Assembly (NCBI GenBank): GCA_048886685.1
Contig: JBHLKM010000002.1
Span: forward strand, 103,532 to 167,531
Length of the DNA stretch: 64,000 bases
Direction of reading: 5' to 3'
DNA from: Candidatus Hodarchaeota archaeon
GTDB taxonomy: Archaea > Asgardarchaeota > Lokiarchaeia > Sigyniarchaeales > SOKP01
In this document: one piece after another, positions 41,635-51,706 of the stretch
Layout: each line of letters opens with the position of its first letter
Position numbering within the stretch: the stretch's first letter is position 1
Translations under genes and position numbers: made by a program
The notes under the pieces: generated by a model
What the model was told of the DNA's origin: nothing
Database searches by the model: none
Seen by the model: the letters and a program-made list of their open reading frames with translations, nothing else

Positions 41635-43074
41635 TTAGACAATGTTCCTTTTTTTAAAGAAGATTATGAACATAATAGTAATAAGCGTTATTAAAAAAAG
41701 AATATTATAACCAGAAATCGTAGCTTTAGGTCCATTGTCAAGATTTTCGCACGTATTATTTAAAACAATGTTCCCGACGCATTCAACTTCATAAATACAT
41801 TTTTTATAGGCTAACAAAAAATTTCCATATATTGTATTGTTATCACTATGACTTAAATATATACCATACTCATTATAATCGGCGATATTGCCTGTTAGGT
41901 TGTTATTGGTGGATTCAAGGAGCTGAAAACCCCTATCATTATTAGTTGCATTATTGCATACTAGGGTATTATTAGCAGAGAATGAAATGTAGAAACCGTA
42001 ATAGTTATTAGTTGCATTATTACACCTCAAGATATTATTTTCGGAATAATAGTGAATAGAGAATCCTGCAAATTTATTAATAGCTGAATTCTTAATCAAG
42101 ATATTATTAGCAGAATGATGAAGATAGAATCCTTGATAATCACTAAAGGCGGTATTGTTTTTCAAGATGTTATCATTTGAATACGCAAGGTTAAAATCAT
42201 AAAAGTTATTTATAGCGGTATTACTCATCAGTGTATTATTATCTGAATAGTGGAAATTAAAACCAGCACCATTATCAGTGGCGTTATTGCTTGTAAGAGT
42301 ATTATTATCGGAATGTTGAAGATAGAATCCTTGGTAATTATCAATGACGGTATTGCTTGTTAGATTATTATTGCTGGAATAATTGAGAGAGAAAGCAACA
42401 CCATTATCAGTAATGGTATTACCCGTTAGAGTATTATTATCAGAATAGTGGAGGAAGAATCCACCACCTCTACTATAAATAGTAGTATTAAAAGCGTTAT
42501 TGTTGATCACATTATTATTGTCTGAATAATTAAAGTTAAAACCAATATCATTTAGAGTAGCATTATTTCCTATCAATGTAATATTAGTAGAGTTTTGGAA
42601 ATTAAAACCATAAGTATTATTATATGCAATATTGTATTTTAACGCCCCGTTTGAAACATTAGAAAAATAAAATCCATCATTAACATTATTATAGAGCGTA
42701 CCGTTAAAAATAGTCACATTTTGAATTATAAAATGTACGTTAGTGTTTTGAATATCAATCCCATTATAACCCGTAACTGTATTATTAATGATATAATTCT
42801 CAATAATATATGGATTACTCTCTGTTCCATTTCCAAACCATCCTTCATTCCCTGCTAAAGTCTTAAAGGCATCATTACCGTTAATTAAAATGGGTAAGTG
42901 AGTTGTTGATAACTTCGGACGTTCCGCGAAACCGCTCTTATCAGTTTTCTTTTCAATTTGAAGTGCAAGGGGAGTATACAATAAATATGAAGCTAAAATT
43001 AGTGATCCAAAAATCATGCATAAGACTACAGATAATCTCATTAAAAATAATTTATTTTCAGTTATTTTTATCAC
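41635..43074 (-). CDS. Surface NosD/right-handed beta-helix protein with Loki-CTERM-like tail
   Basis: GNGTESNPYIIEN; many 22-aa GF.L..S.NN.L..N repeats; C-terminal ISGY + TM + KKR. Confidence 0.85.
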   Translation of the reverse strand: MIKITENKLFLMRLSVVLCMIFGSLILASYLLYTPLALQIEKKTDKSGFAERPKLSTTHLPILINGNDAFKTLAGNEGWFGNGTESNPYIIENYIINNTVTGYNGIDIQNTNVHFIIQNVTIFNGTLYNNVNDGFYFSNVSNGALKYNIAYNNTYGFNFQNSTNITLIGNNATLNDIGFNFNYSDNNNVINNNAFNTTIYSRGGGFFLHYSDNNTLTGNTITDNGVAFSLNYSSNNNLTSNTVIDNYQGFYLQHSDNNTLTSNNATDNGAGFNFHYSDNNTLMSNTAINNFYDFNLAYSNDNILKNNTAFSDYQGFYLHHSANNILIKNSAINKFAGFSIHYYSENNILRCNNATNNYYGFYISFSANNTLVCNNATNNDRGFQLLESTNNNLTGNIADYNEYGIYLSHSDNNTIYGNFLLAYKKCIYEVECVGNIVLNNTCENLDNGPKATISGYNILFLITLITIMFIIFFKKRNIV

Positions 43075-43326
43075 ATTTTTTTAGATTCCTATATATGAAA
43101 AGAAGAAGGCTATATTTAAATATAATCTAACTAATATTTTTTGTTTTTTCAAACAATACTTTTAGAAGAAAAAAATTTAACTATATCTTAATTAGTTAAA
43201 CGCTCACGAGTTTAAGCAAGATCTTATGATAGATATTCCTCTTTTAAAAAAAATGAAACAAAATACCTTATTTTTCCCTTTAAATTATAAATAAAGAAGA
43301 TATTCAGAATAATTTATATTCTTATA

Positions 43327-44262
43327 TTGTTTTTTACAATTACTAAAAGTCTAATAAAAGAAATAATGGTAAAAAATAACCAAATTAAGTTATCTTCGAA
43401 AAGAAATATATTAGCAATTTTTTTATTGATCCTTACTACAATTCTATGGGGTACATCATTTATCCTTACAAAAAACATTACGGAAGAGATTCCTATCTTT
43501 TTTTATATAGGCCTAAGATTCGCTATTGCTCTTATTGGATTTATACCATTCTTCCCTCATCTAAAATACCTTAATAAGAAGATCTTTTTAATGAGTTTGG
43601 GAACAGGAATGCTTTATTTTTTTGGTTTTGCAATCCAAACAATTGGACTTCAAACGACAACTGCAGGAAAAACAGGTTTTATTACCGGATTGAGTGTTAT
43701 TGTGGTACCTTTTATTGCATGGCTAGGATTTAAGAAACCATTAAACAAAAGAGTTTGGATTGCTGTAGCACTATCAGTAGCAGGGATGGCATTTTTGCTA
43801 TTAGAAGGTGAATCTGGAATAATTATCGGTGATTTAATAGTATTGATATGCGCCTTTTTTTGGGCATTTTATATTATTTATAATGATATATTTGTTCGTC
43901 TTGTGGATATTTATATTTATTCAATTATTCAAATTGTCGTGATATGCTCTACAGGTTTTATCTCTTCATTTCTGATTCAAGAATCTTATGGTTCATTGTC
44001 ATTTTCTCCTACTTTTTGGTATGTAATGATTTATATGGGAATTGGAGTTATGACATTAACAATCCTATTCCAAAACTGGAGTCAACAATATATAGGAGCA
44101 ACTCAAACAGCAATTATTTTTTCTCTTGAACCTGTCTTTGCTGCTTTATTTGGATTCCTTATAGGTAATGAAATTCTATCTGTGTTTGCTTGGTTAGGTT
44201 GTGGGTTGATTTTTGTAGCAATTCTTATAACAGTTTTAAAAAATACTAATAATCAGGAATAA
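43327..44262 (+). CDS. DMT/EamA family transporter (likely start ATG 43366)
   Basis: LWGTSF, LRFAIA, GLQTTTAGKTGFIT, SLEPVFAALFG. Confidence 0.9.
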   Translation: MFFTITKSLIKEIMVKNNQIKLSSKRNILAIFLLILTTILWGTSFILTKNITEEIPIFFYIGLRFAIALIGFIPFFPHLKYLNKKIFLMSLGTGMLYFFGFAIQTIGLQTTTAGKTGFITGLSVIVVPFIAWLGFKKPLNKRVWIAVALSVAGMAFLLLEGESGIIIGDLIVLICAFFWAFYIIYNDIFVRLVDIYIYSIIQIVVICSTGFISSFLIQESYGSLSFSPTFWYVMIYMGIGVMTLTILFQNWSQQYIGATQTAIIFSLEPVFAALFGFLIGNEILSVFAWLGCGLIFVAILITVLKNTNNQE

Positions 44263-44515
44263 AGCAAAAATCTTGAATCTATATAAGTTTTTGAGATTTA
44301 ATATTCTTAAAATCTTCATTTTGGCACATCTTTTGTATAATTTAATACTTAATATGTACGGAAATCTAAAAATTTTTACTAAAAAACATATTTAAATAAT
44401 TAAAAAGTTATTAATATCTAAATAAGGGTTGTTTTATCGGCAAAACTATATTTTATTAGGTAAATTTTTCAATTGATTTTATAATTAGAATAATCAGATA
44501 TCTGTGATATAATAC

Positions 44516-44674
44516 GTGTCCGCACATAAATTAAAACCAAAAGACCTTACTATTTGTAATAAGTGTGGCAACGTAATGATCACGAGAAAAATCCGTACTA
44601 ACAATTCTAATAAGATTGAATTTCAGCAAATCCTTCAATGCATCGTTTGTCGACACTGGATTTCTACTGAATGA
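44516..44674 (+). CDS. 52-aa zinc-ribbon protein
   Basis: GTG start; MSAHKLKPKDLTICNKCGNVMITRKIRTNNSNKIEFQQILQCIVCRHWISTE*; below the track cutoff. Confidence 0.7.
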   Translation: MSAHKLKPKDLTICNKCGNVMITRKIRTNNSNKIEFQQILQCIVCRHWISTE

Positions 44675-44747
44675 TTTCATTTAAAATACATCAATTTATG
44701 ATTTGATTTATATAGAAATTTTTAATATATTTAGATTAAAATAGTAG

Positions 44748-44957
44748 ATGAGCATTACAGTAGAAGTTATATCAAAATGTAATTTTAATTTTACTCCTAC
44801 TCGTGAATATTTTAAAAGTCTACAAAATGTACCACCTAATTCTTAAAAAACTTGCGTTTATCTACAAGAAATATATTTTATAAGAAAAGGTAAGGGAAAG
44901 AATAATCCGCACCAAAGTAATAAAATCAGGGAGAGAATTAAACTCATAGAGTTTAAT
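44748..44957 (+). pseudogene. Possible decayed cupin gene remnant
   Basis: One frame reads ...VPPNS*KTCVYLQEIYFIRKGKG..., resembling cupin motif 1 (E.YFI.KGKG) across a stop. Confidence 0.3.
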
Positions 44958-45172
44958 AGAGGGCATAATCAAGGCACGAGATGCTCGCAACCTTTGAAAT
45001 CCAATGTTTATGCAGATTATTAGTTAAATTTCCCTTCCTACTATAAAATGGGATTATTAACTTAAAAATTAACTGGTTATATTTTATATATGTTCTGATA
45101 TAACGTAATAGTTGTTTACAAAAAGATTAGTTTTGTTATAACAAATTTGTCAAACCTAGATTTTTTTAAAAA

Positions 45173-46015
45173 TTAGGTTATTAGCTCATCTATCCTTAAT
45201 TTAAGCCCATCTTCAGCTGCAATTACTTTTTTGATCTTCGTTAATTCCTCTAATTTGCTTACTTGACTCGGAACGAAGTTCTTTTTTGAGCGTGGGCCAT
45301 CCATATAAGAACCAAAATGAGTTATAATTAAACTATCCAATGGTGGATCGATTTTATTTAAATACGGGATAACTTCATCAGTACATAAATGCCTTTTACA
45401 AGTTATCGAATCAGGACGTAATAGATTGAGAATAAGAATGTTTACACCTGAAAATTGATCTGGAAAGTCCTCAAATACCATTGTATCACTGGTGTAAGCT
45501 AAAGAATATTCTTTAAGATTAAATTTTACACCAAAACTTTCATTAACGGGTGAATGAACTGCTTTTGTTCCAACAATTTCAATATCTTTATAATTCAACT
45601 TATCACCTGCTTTAAATCTTATAGTTTGTTCAAGCATATTCAAATGATAATCCGATATTAAGTTAATCACTTCGGAAGTTGTAATTAGTGTACCTTTTTT
45701 ATAATAATTATAACTCTTATCATGTAATATTTCTCTTGAACTTTCTATGATGGCGCTAAGATCATTGTAATGATCCACATGTGCATGAGTTACAATAAAA
45801 AGTTCAGTTTTAACAGGATCTTCTTGATATTGAATGAGTCTAACGATGGCTCCAGGTCCTGGATCTAAATGAGCTTGTACTCCATTGAATTTGAATAAGA
45901 ATCCTCCAGTGGCGCGATGTTGAGTTCGGATATGATGCCTTCCTCCACCAGATCCAAGTATAACAATTTCATCCTTACTATTTATTTTAGTACACCTAAA
46001 TTTTACACATTTCAA
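45173..46015 (-). CDS. MBL-fold metallo-hydrolase (archaeal RNase Z/PhnP-like group)
   Basis: LGSGGGR, DPGPGA, THAHVDH, YTSDT, HLCT, THFG. Confidence 0.85.
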   Translation of the reverse strand: MKCVKFRCTKINSKDEIVILGSGGGRHHIRTQHRATGGFLFKFNGVQAHLDPGPGAIVRLIQYQEDPVKTELFIVTHAHVDHYNDLSAIIESSREILHDKSYNYYKKGTLITTSEVINLISDYHLNMLEQTIRFKAGDKLNYKDIEIVGTKAVHSPVNESFGVKFNLKEYSLAYTSDTMVFEDFPDQFSGVNILILNLLRPDSITCKRHLCTDEVIPYLNKIDPPLDSLIITHFGSYMDGPRSKKNFVPSQVSKLEELTKIKKVIAAEDGLKLRIDELIT

Positions 46016-46091
46016 TTATCTACCTAAAATATATAATTTAGTAAAGATAAATAGGTTACGCTTTAATTTTTACTATTGAAATTAGGTTTCA

Positions 46092-48347
46092 TCAAAGCTT
46101 TAATTCTTTTATCAAAAGTTCATCAATTTGATTTAGAATAGGATCTATCTCTTCATCTAAAATATTTTGTATTTTGTATTTAGAAAATATATCCTTATTG
46201 CTTTTAAAAGTCCTTCTGATTGTAGAAACTGCTATTTCTTCCCCCGTTCTGCCCAATTTTACTAACTGCTGATGAGTAGAATTATTAGCATCATATTTTT
46301 TAATGTTTACATTAAATGGAAGTTTAAATATATGCCTTGAGCTCTTCATAATCTTAATTTGTTCTGTTAAAATGTTTGAATTCAAGATCGCCGATAAATA
46401 GTAAGCTTCATTGAGATTGGTTGTATCATAAAAACTCAAATCCCCAGTAATCAAGAAATCTCCTTGTACTACTGCCGAATTTAATATTGAGCCTGAATTA
46501 TTATAAACTACCTTAATTTTTGATTTTTGTCTTGAATTGATCAATTTTGACCAACGATTCAAGTTTTCCATCAAAGAATTATGAGTTGTTGTTTCTTTTT
46601 TATGTCTAAGGTATAATTTATTAATCTTATCATAGAATCTTTTAGAATTTTTATCCAATTTCTCGTAGTTAAAGCTCAAATCATTTTTTGAGAGTGGTAA
46701 AAATACATTATAATGGTCATATACGTGAAATTTGACTAATTCTGTGCTTTTAAGTACTTTAAATATGTATTTTTTTTCGATAATTTCGTTTTCAAATTCT
46801 TTTTTATTCCATGGAACCTTAGCTTTTTTAAAAATCCTATCATCCGGATTGATTTTTACTACAAAATCATTAACATTTTGAAGTTTTACAAATATTAAAT
46901 TTCGGGGATTTAAATCAGCACCTTTGTGAAAAAGTCTTTTATAGTAACTCTCTCCAAGTGGAAGTAAATCACTCACTTTATCTATTGAAATTAATTTTTT
47001 GATGAAAATTTTCCCTTCTTTTTGCTCAATTGAAAAAGGAACATAAATTTCTTCTTTTATCAGCTTTAAATCTACTAAATCATAATTATTAATATCTATC
47101 TCATTAGATTCTAAATCAAAATGGCATGCTGGAATTTGATAAAAAGCATGTTCTTTCACATCTTGTAATTTTTGTGCGTATAAACAAATAAAATCGATAT
47201 TGAATATACTTTCAATCTTTTTATCAAATAGCCAAATTTTTATATCGGAAAAGCCTTTAAAACTTCGAAATCTCGAAGCATGTGATCCAGTAATCACTCC
47301 CTTGGTGATAACAAAGAAGATTTTTGCTCGATTTTTCATATAAAATTTCTGCGCATTGTAAAAAAATAAGGTTGAAATTTCTAAATTTAGTAAATTTTTA
47401 GGGCGGGGTTTAATTTCCAATTCTTCTGCGAGCTTTTTTAAACTTTCTTGATAATTTATAGTATCAATGTCTCTATAAGTATACCAAGGGGGATTTCCGA
47501 TTACCAAATCAAATTTTTCATGTAATTTAGTCATTCTTTGATTTAAAAAATTAAAAACATACAAGTTAAAATTGATTTCTGTGCCTAAATCTTTTGTAAG
47601 ATATAAAACGTTAATTTTCGATAAATATATTGAAATTGGATTGATATCAAAGCCCCAAATCCTATTTATAGCAACGATCTTCTCTTTTTCACTTTTCTTT
47701 TGAGATATTATTTCTCTTATAATTCCAATTAAAAAATTACCTGAACCGCAACAAGGATCAAGGACCATATCTCCAAAAGAATAAGTTTCCTCAATCATTT
47801 TCTTCACTAAAAATGGAGGAGTATAATATTCACCTGATTTATGCCTAAAAAGGGGAGAAATTATGTTTTGGAATAAATAATCAAATATGTTTATAGGATT
47901 AATTTTTGATTTGAAGAGGTGATTGGAAATTTCAAAAACTAATTTAGTTAAAATTGTTAAATCCTCCTTTTCGGAAATGAAGTATATTGGTGTGAAATAC
48001 TCAAACTCTATGATATTAGTATTCCTAAATTTGGATTTTATATTGTCTTCTAATTCTTTAAAATTCTTTAACGTTGAGTCGTTAGGAGACAAGAAATTTT
48101 TGTCTTTAAGAACTAATTTTAAGATAAAATTGAGTCCGATAAAATACAATAATGTATGGATGAGATATAATCGTAGATTTGTCTCATTTTCACCATATAT
48201 TTTTTTAAAATCTTTGTACCATGCCCTAAACTTATCTTCATTATATATATCACACTTAGACAATATAGTTTCTAACTTTATAATTGTTTCATTAATCTTT
48301 TGAAAATCTATATCAATATTCATGCTGTAAGTTAATTTATTAACCAA
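46092..48347 (-). CDS. N6-adenine DNA methyltransferase with C-terminal target-recognition region
   Basis: GEYYTP, LDPCCGSGNF, GFDINP, GNPPW. Confidence 0.9.
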   Translation of the reverse strand: MVNKLTYSMNIDIDFQKINETIIKLETILSKCDIYNEDKFRAWYKDFKKIYGENETNLRLYLIHTLLYFIGLNFILKLVLKDKNFLSPNDSTLKNFKELEDNIKSKFRNTNIIEFEYFTPIYFISEKEDLTILTKLVFEISNHLFKSKINPINIFDYLFQNIISPLFRHKSGEYYTPPFLVKKMIEETYSFGDMVLDPCCGSGNFLIGIIREIISQKKSEKEKIVAINRIWGFDINPISIYLSKINVLYLTKDLGTEINFNLYVFNFLNQRMTKLHEKFDLVIGNPPWYTYRDIDTINYQESLKKLAEELEIKPRPKNLLNLEISTLFFYNAQKFYMKNRAKIFFVITKGVITGSHASRFRSFKGFSDIKIWLFDKKIESIFNIDFICLYAQKLQDVKEHAFYQIPACHFDLESNEIDINNYDLVDLKLIKEEIYVPFSIEQKEGKIFIKKLISIDKVSDLLPLGESYYKRLFHKGADLNPRNLIFVKLQNVNDFVVKINPDDRIFKKAKVPWNKKEFENEIIEKKYIFKVLKSTELVKFHVYDHYNVFLPLSKNDLSFNYEKLDKNSKRFYDKINKLYLRHKKETTTHNSLMENLNRWSKLINSRQKSKIKVVYNNSGSILNSAVVQGDFLITGDLSFYDTTNLNEAYYLSAILNSNILTEQIKIMKSSRHIFKLPFNVNIKKYDANNSTHQQLVKLGRTGEEIAVSTIRRTFKSNKDIFSKYKIQNILDEEIDPILNQIDELLIKELKL

Positions 48348-48455
48348 AAAATAAAACTCCTCTCTCTTGATTCCTCAATATAATCAATGAATTAATATTT
48401 AAATATTCATTAATTAGTTCAATATTATTTTTTAATACGAGTAAAATAAATTAAC

Positions 48456-49064
48456 TTGACTTCAACTGAAATCAAGATCTCGAAGGATCTTGAAAACGGA
48501 ATTAAATTCTCCTGCCAAATGTGTGGTGACTGTTGTAGAGGATTTAAGGAAGGTGAAGTATATCTTTATAAAGATGATATTCTTAGACTGACTAAATTCT
48601 TACGAATGACTGAGATGAATGGTTTAAGAAATTTTGTTCAAAAATATGTGAAAGTTATTAATGATAGCTTTTTTTGGAAAGATCCTAAGGCTCAAAGAGG
48701 TAAAACATATAGATTTAAAACCTTAGGATTTGCATTTACAGGGGATGATGAGCATTGTCATTTTTTGAAGGATAATAAATGCACTGTTCATGAAGCCCGT
48801 CCATTCCAATGTCGATGCTTTCCTTTTTGGCAAATGATGGTTAAAAGCAAAAAAAATGTTATTGCGTATTCTAAAAAATGTTCTGGATTACAGGCATCGC
48901 TAAAGGGTAATGGCAAATATTATAGCCGTAAAGAGATTGAAAAATGGGCTAGAGCGGAATATGAAATGGAAAAAGAGTTTTTCTTAGAAATGAAAAAAAA
49001 TGATTTTGATATATTAAAAGTCTACACTTTTTTGCCAAAAGAAATGATTCCTGAAGATAAATAA
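48456..49064 (+). CDS. YkgJ/CxxCxxCC family Fe-S/Zn cluster protein
   Basis: CQMCGDCC...CHFL...CTVHEARPFQCRCFPFW...CSG. Confidence 0.9.
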   Translation: MTSTEIKISKDLENGIKFSCQMCGDCCRGFKEGEVYLYKDDILRLTKFLRMTEMNGLRNFVQKYVKVINDSFFWKDPKAQRGKTYRFKTLGFAFTGDDEHCHFLKDNKCTVHEARPFQCRCFPFWQMMVKSKKNVIAYSKKCSGLQASLKGNGKYYSRKEIEKWARAEYEMEKEFFLEMKKNDFDILKVYTFLPKEMIPEDK

Positions 49065-49188
49065 AATCTTTATATTATAAAGCCAAGAGAACATTCATTT
49101 TTATTAATAATTAAGAATAATTATTAAAAACTCAACTATATTATAAACATAGAACTGCGAAAATTTCATATAAGAAAGTGGTATTAAA

Positions 49189-51579
49189 TTGAAAATTGGT
49201 TTATTTGTATGTGACTGTGGGAAGAACATTAGTGGGACTATTGATAATGAGAAAATACTAGAACATTTTAGCGAATACTCTGATGTAGATGTTATTAGAG
49301 ATCAATATCTATGTTCCGAGGCGGGTTTAAATAAGATTACTGATGAGTTAAAGGAGAAAAAAGTAGATAGAGTGGTAATAGCTGCCTGTTCATTCAAATT
49401 ACATGGATTATTGTTCAGAAAGACTATTGAAAAAGCAGGAATTAATCGATTCTTGATATCTTTTGCTAACATCCGAGAACAAAATTCCTGGGTTCATGCT
49501 GATGAGCCAGAAAAAGCAACGACAAAGGCAATCGATCAAATTAATATGGCAATAGAACAAGTCAAACTTCTGAATCCCTTAGATGTTACATATTCAAATG
49601 TTCTACCTTCTACTTTAGTCATCGGAGGTGGTATAGCAGGGATAAAAGCTGCTTTAGTAATCGCAGATGCAGGTTATAAAGTGTATTTAGTAGAAAAGAA
49701 AACTACCATAGGAGGTCATATGGCTCTTTTTGATAAAACTTTTCCCACTCTAGATTGTTCAATTTGTATTCTCGGACCACTAATGACTTCAATCAAAGAT
49801 CATCCTAATATTGAACTATTAACTTATTCTGAAGTTGAAAAAGTTGATGGATATATAGGAAATTTTGAGATTGTGATAAAAAAAAATCCACGTTTTATAA
49901 AAGAAGATGATTGTGTTGGATGTTTTGATATTTGCCGAGATGTATGTCCAATTGATGTAGAAAATACTTTTTATCCAAGAAAGGCTATAGATGTCCCCTA
50001 TCCGCAAGCGATACCTCTATTTCCGAATATTTTAGAAGAATATTGTATTGGATGTAAAGTATGTGCTCAGGCATGCGATAGAGATGCAATAGATTTCGAT
50101 CAAGAGCCAGAAATTATAAATATTAAAGTCGGCTCAATTATTGTCGCAACGGGGCTAAAAACTTTTGATCCCTCTTTACTTGGAGAATATAATTATCTTA
50201 AATATCCAGATATCATAACTACAATGCAAATGGAAAGAATACTCAACAATGATGGACCTACTCATGGAAAAGTTATAACTCCTTCAAGTGGTAATCCTCC
50301 AAAGAAGGTTTCATTTATCTTATGTGTAGGATCTCGTAACAAACAAATTCATCACGAATATTGTAGTCAAGTATGTTGTAATGTAGCAATAAAGCAAGCT
50401 GTTTTAATTAAAAAAGAACATCCTGAAACAGAGATTAATATCTATTATAATGATATTAGAGCCATGGGAAAGAATTGTGAGGAATTTTATAACAGAGCTC
50501 GTGAGGTTTTCGGAATCAGATTCATAAAAAGTAATATTTCTGCTGTGTTAAAAAGCGACACTTCAGATGAATTAATTGTTCGTGGAGAAGATGTAATTGA
50601 AGACAAATTATTTGAAAACAAAACAAATTTAGTTGTTTTAGCAGTAGGTATCGAACCGGCAGACGGTACTGATGAATTAAGTAAAATCTTAAACATATCT
50701 CAGGATCCCAATGGCTTTTTATTAGAAAAACATTTAAAGGTTAGGCCTTCAGAAACTTCAGTTAATGGAATTTTTTTGGCTGGGGCAATACAAGGACCAA
50801 AAGATATACCAACTAGTATAGCTCAAGCAGAGAGTTCAGCTGCAAAGGTAATATCTCTAATATCCATGGGAAAAGTTGAATTAGATCCCCATGTAGTATA
50901 TTTCAATCCTGAAGAATGTGATTTATGTAGATTATGTGAAAATATCTGCATGTTTAATGCCTTAAAAATTGAAGATAATCAATTAAAAATTACTCAAGCG
51001 AATTGTACTGGATGCGGAGCATGCGCTGCTATGTGTCACTCTGATGCGTTATATATCCCTGGATTTACAAAAATGCAAATTTCTGCTCAAATTCAATCAA
51101 TTTTAAAACAGAAGAGCGAATCTCCTTTAATCATCGCATTTTTATGTAACTGGTGCTCCTATATTGGAGCTGATCTCGCTGGGACAAGTAAATTAACCTA
51201 TCCTACAAATATAAGAACAATTCACGTAATGTGTACTGCAATGCTTAATCCATCTTTAGTATTTGAAAGCTTTTTCTATGGAGCAGATGGAGTATTAATT
51301 GCAGGTTGTTATCCACAAGACTGTCACTATCAAGAGGGATTCATTAAAGCCAAATCTCGATATGAAAGTATTAGAGAAGTGTTAGTAGAGACTGGGATAA
51401 ATGAGAAGCGTGTAAAAATTATAAGTATTGCAGCTGGTGAAGGAGAAAAATATGCAAAGGCAGTGAAAGAATTTAAGGAACAGTTGGATAAAATAGGTCC
51501 CATTAAACCTAATGAATATACAAAACCCTTATCATCTAAAGAGAAAAGAAAAGGTAAAGCAAAATTAGATGAAATTTAA
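49189..51579 (+). CDS. hdrA: Heterodisulfide reductase subunit A fused to MvhD
   Basis: GLFVCDCG, NIREQ.SWVH, IGGGIAG, KTFPTLDCSICI, CVGSR..YCSQVCC, GPKDIP; C-terminal FLCNWCSY.GADLAG...GC..DCHY (MvhD). Confidence 0.95.
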   Translation: MKIGLFVCDCGKNISGTIDNEKILEHFSEYSDVDVIRDQYLCSEAGLNKITDELKEKKVDRVVIAACSFKLHGLLFRKTIEKAGINRFLISFANIREQNSWVHADEPEKATTKAIDQINMAIEQVKLLNPLDVTYSNVLPSTLVIGGGIAGIKAALVIADAGYKVYLVEKKTTIGGHMALFDKTFPTLDCSICILGPLMTSIKDHPNIELLTYSEVEKVDGYIGNFEIVIKKNPRFIKEDDCVGCFDICRDVCPIDVENTFYPRKAIDVPYPQAIPLFPNILEEYCIGCKVCAQACDRDAIDFDQEPEIINIKVGSIIVATGLKTFDPSLLGEYNYLKYPDIITTMQMERILNNDGPTHGKVITPSSGNPPKKVSFILCVGSRNKQIHHEYCSQVCCNVAIKQAVLIKKEHPETEINIYYNDIRAMGKNCEEFYNRAREVFGIRFIKSNISAVLKSDTSDELIVRGEDVIEDKLFENKTNLVVLAVGIEPADGTDELSKILNISQDPNGFLLEKHLKVRPSETSVNGIFLAGAIQGPKDIPTSIAQAESSAAKVISLISMGKVELDPHVVYFNPEECDLCRLCENICMFNALKIEDNQLKITQANCTGCGACAAMCHSDALYIPGFTKMQISAQIQSILKQKSESPLIIAFLCNWCSYIGADLAGTSKLTYPTNIRTIHVMCTAMLNPSLVFESFFYGADGVLIAGCYPQDCHYQEGFIKAKSRYESIREVLVETGINEKRVKIISIAAGEGEKYAKAVKEFKEQLDKIGPIKPNEYTKPLSSKEKRKGKAKLDEI

Positions 51580-51706
51580 TCAATATTACGATTAAGGATA
51601 TAAATGAATTTAACAAAAATATCTATAATTAGAAATATTAATTTTTTATTGAAATATCTCTTATAATTCTTATTAAAAGAATATATTTTAGAAATATAGA
51701 CTAAAA

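Noticed and set aside
41800-42700. Periodic DNA repeats resembling an array
   Set aside because: These are 66-bp coding repeats of the NosD beta-helix; there is no identical repeat/unique spacer structure, so not CRISPR.
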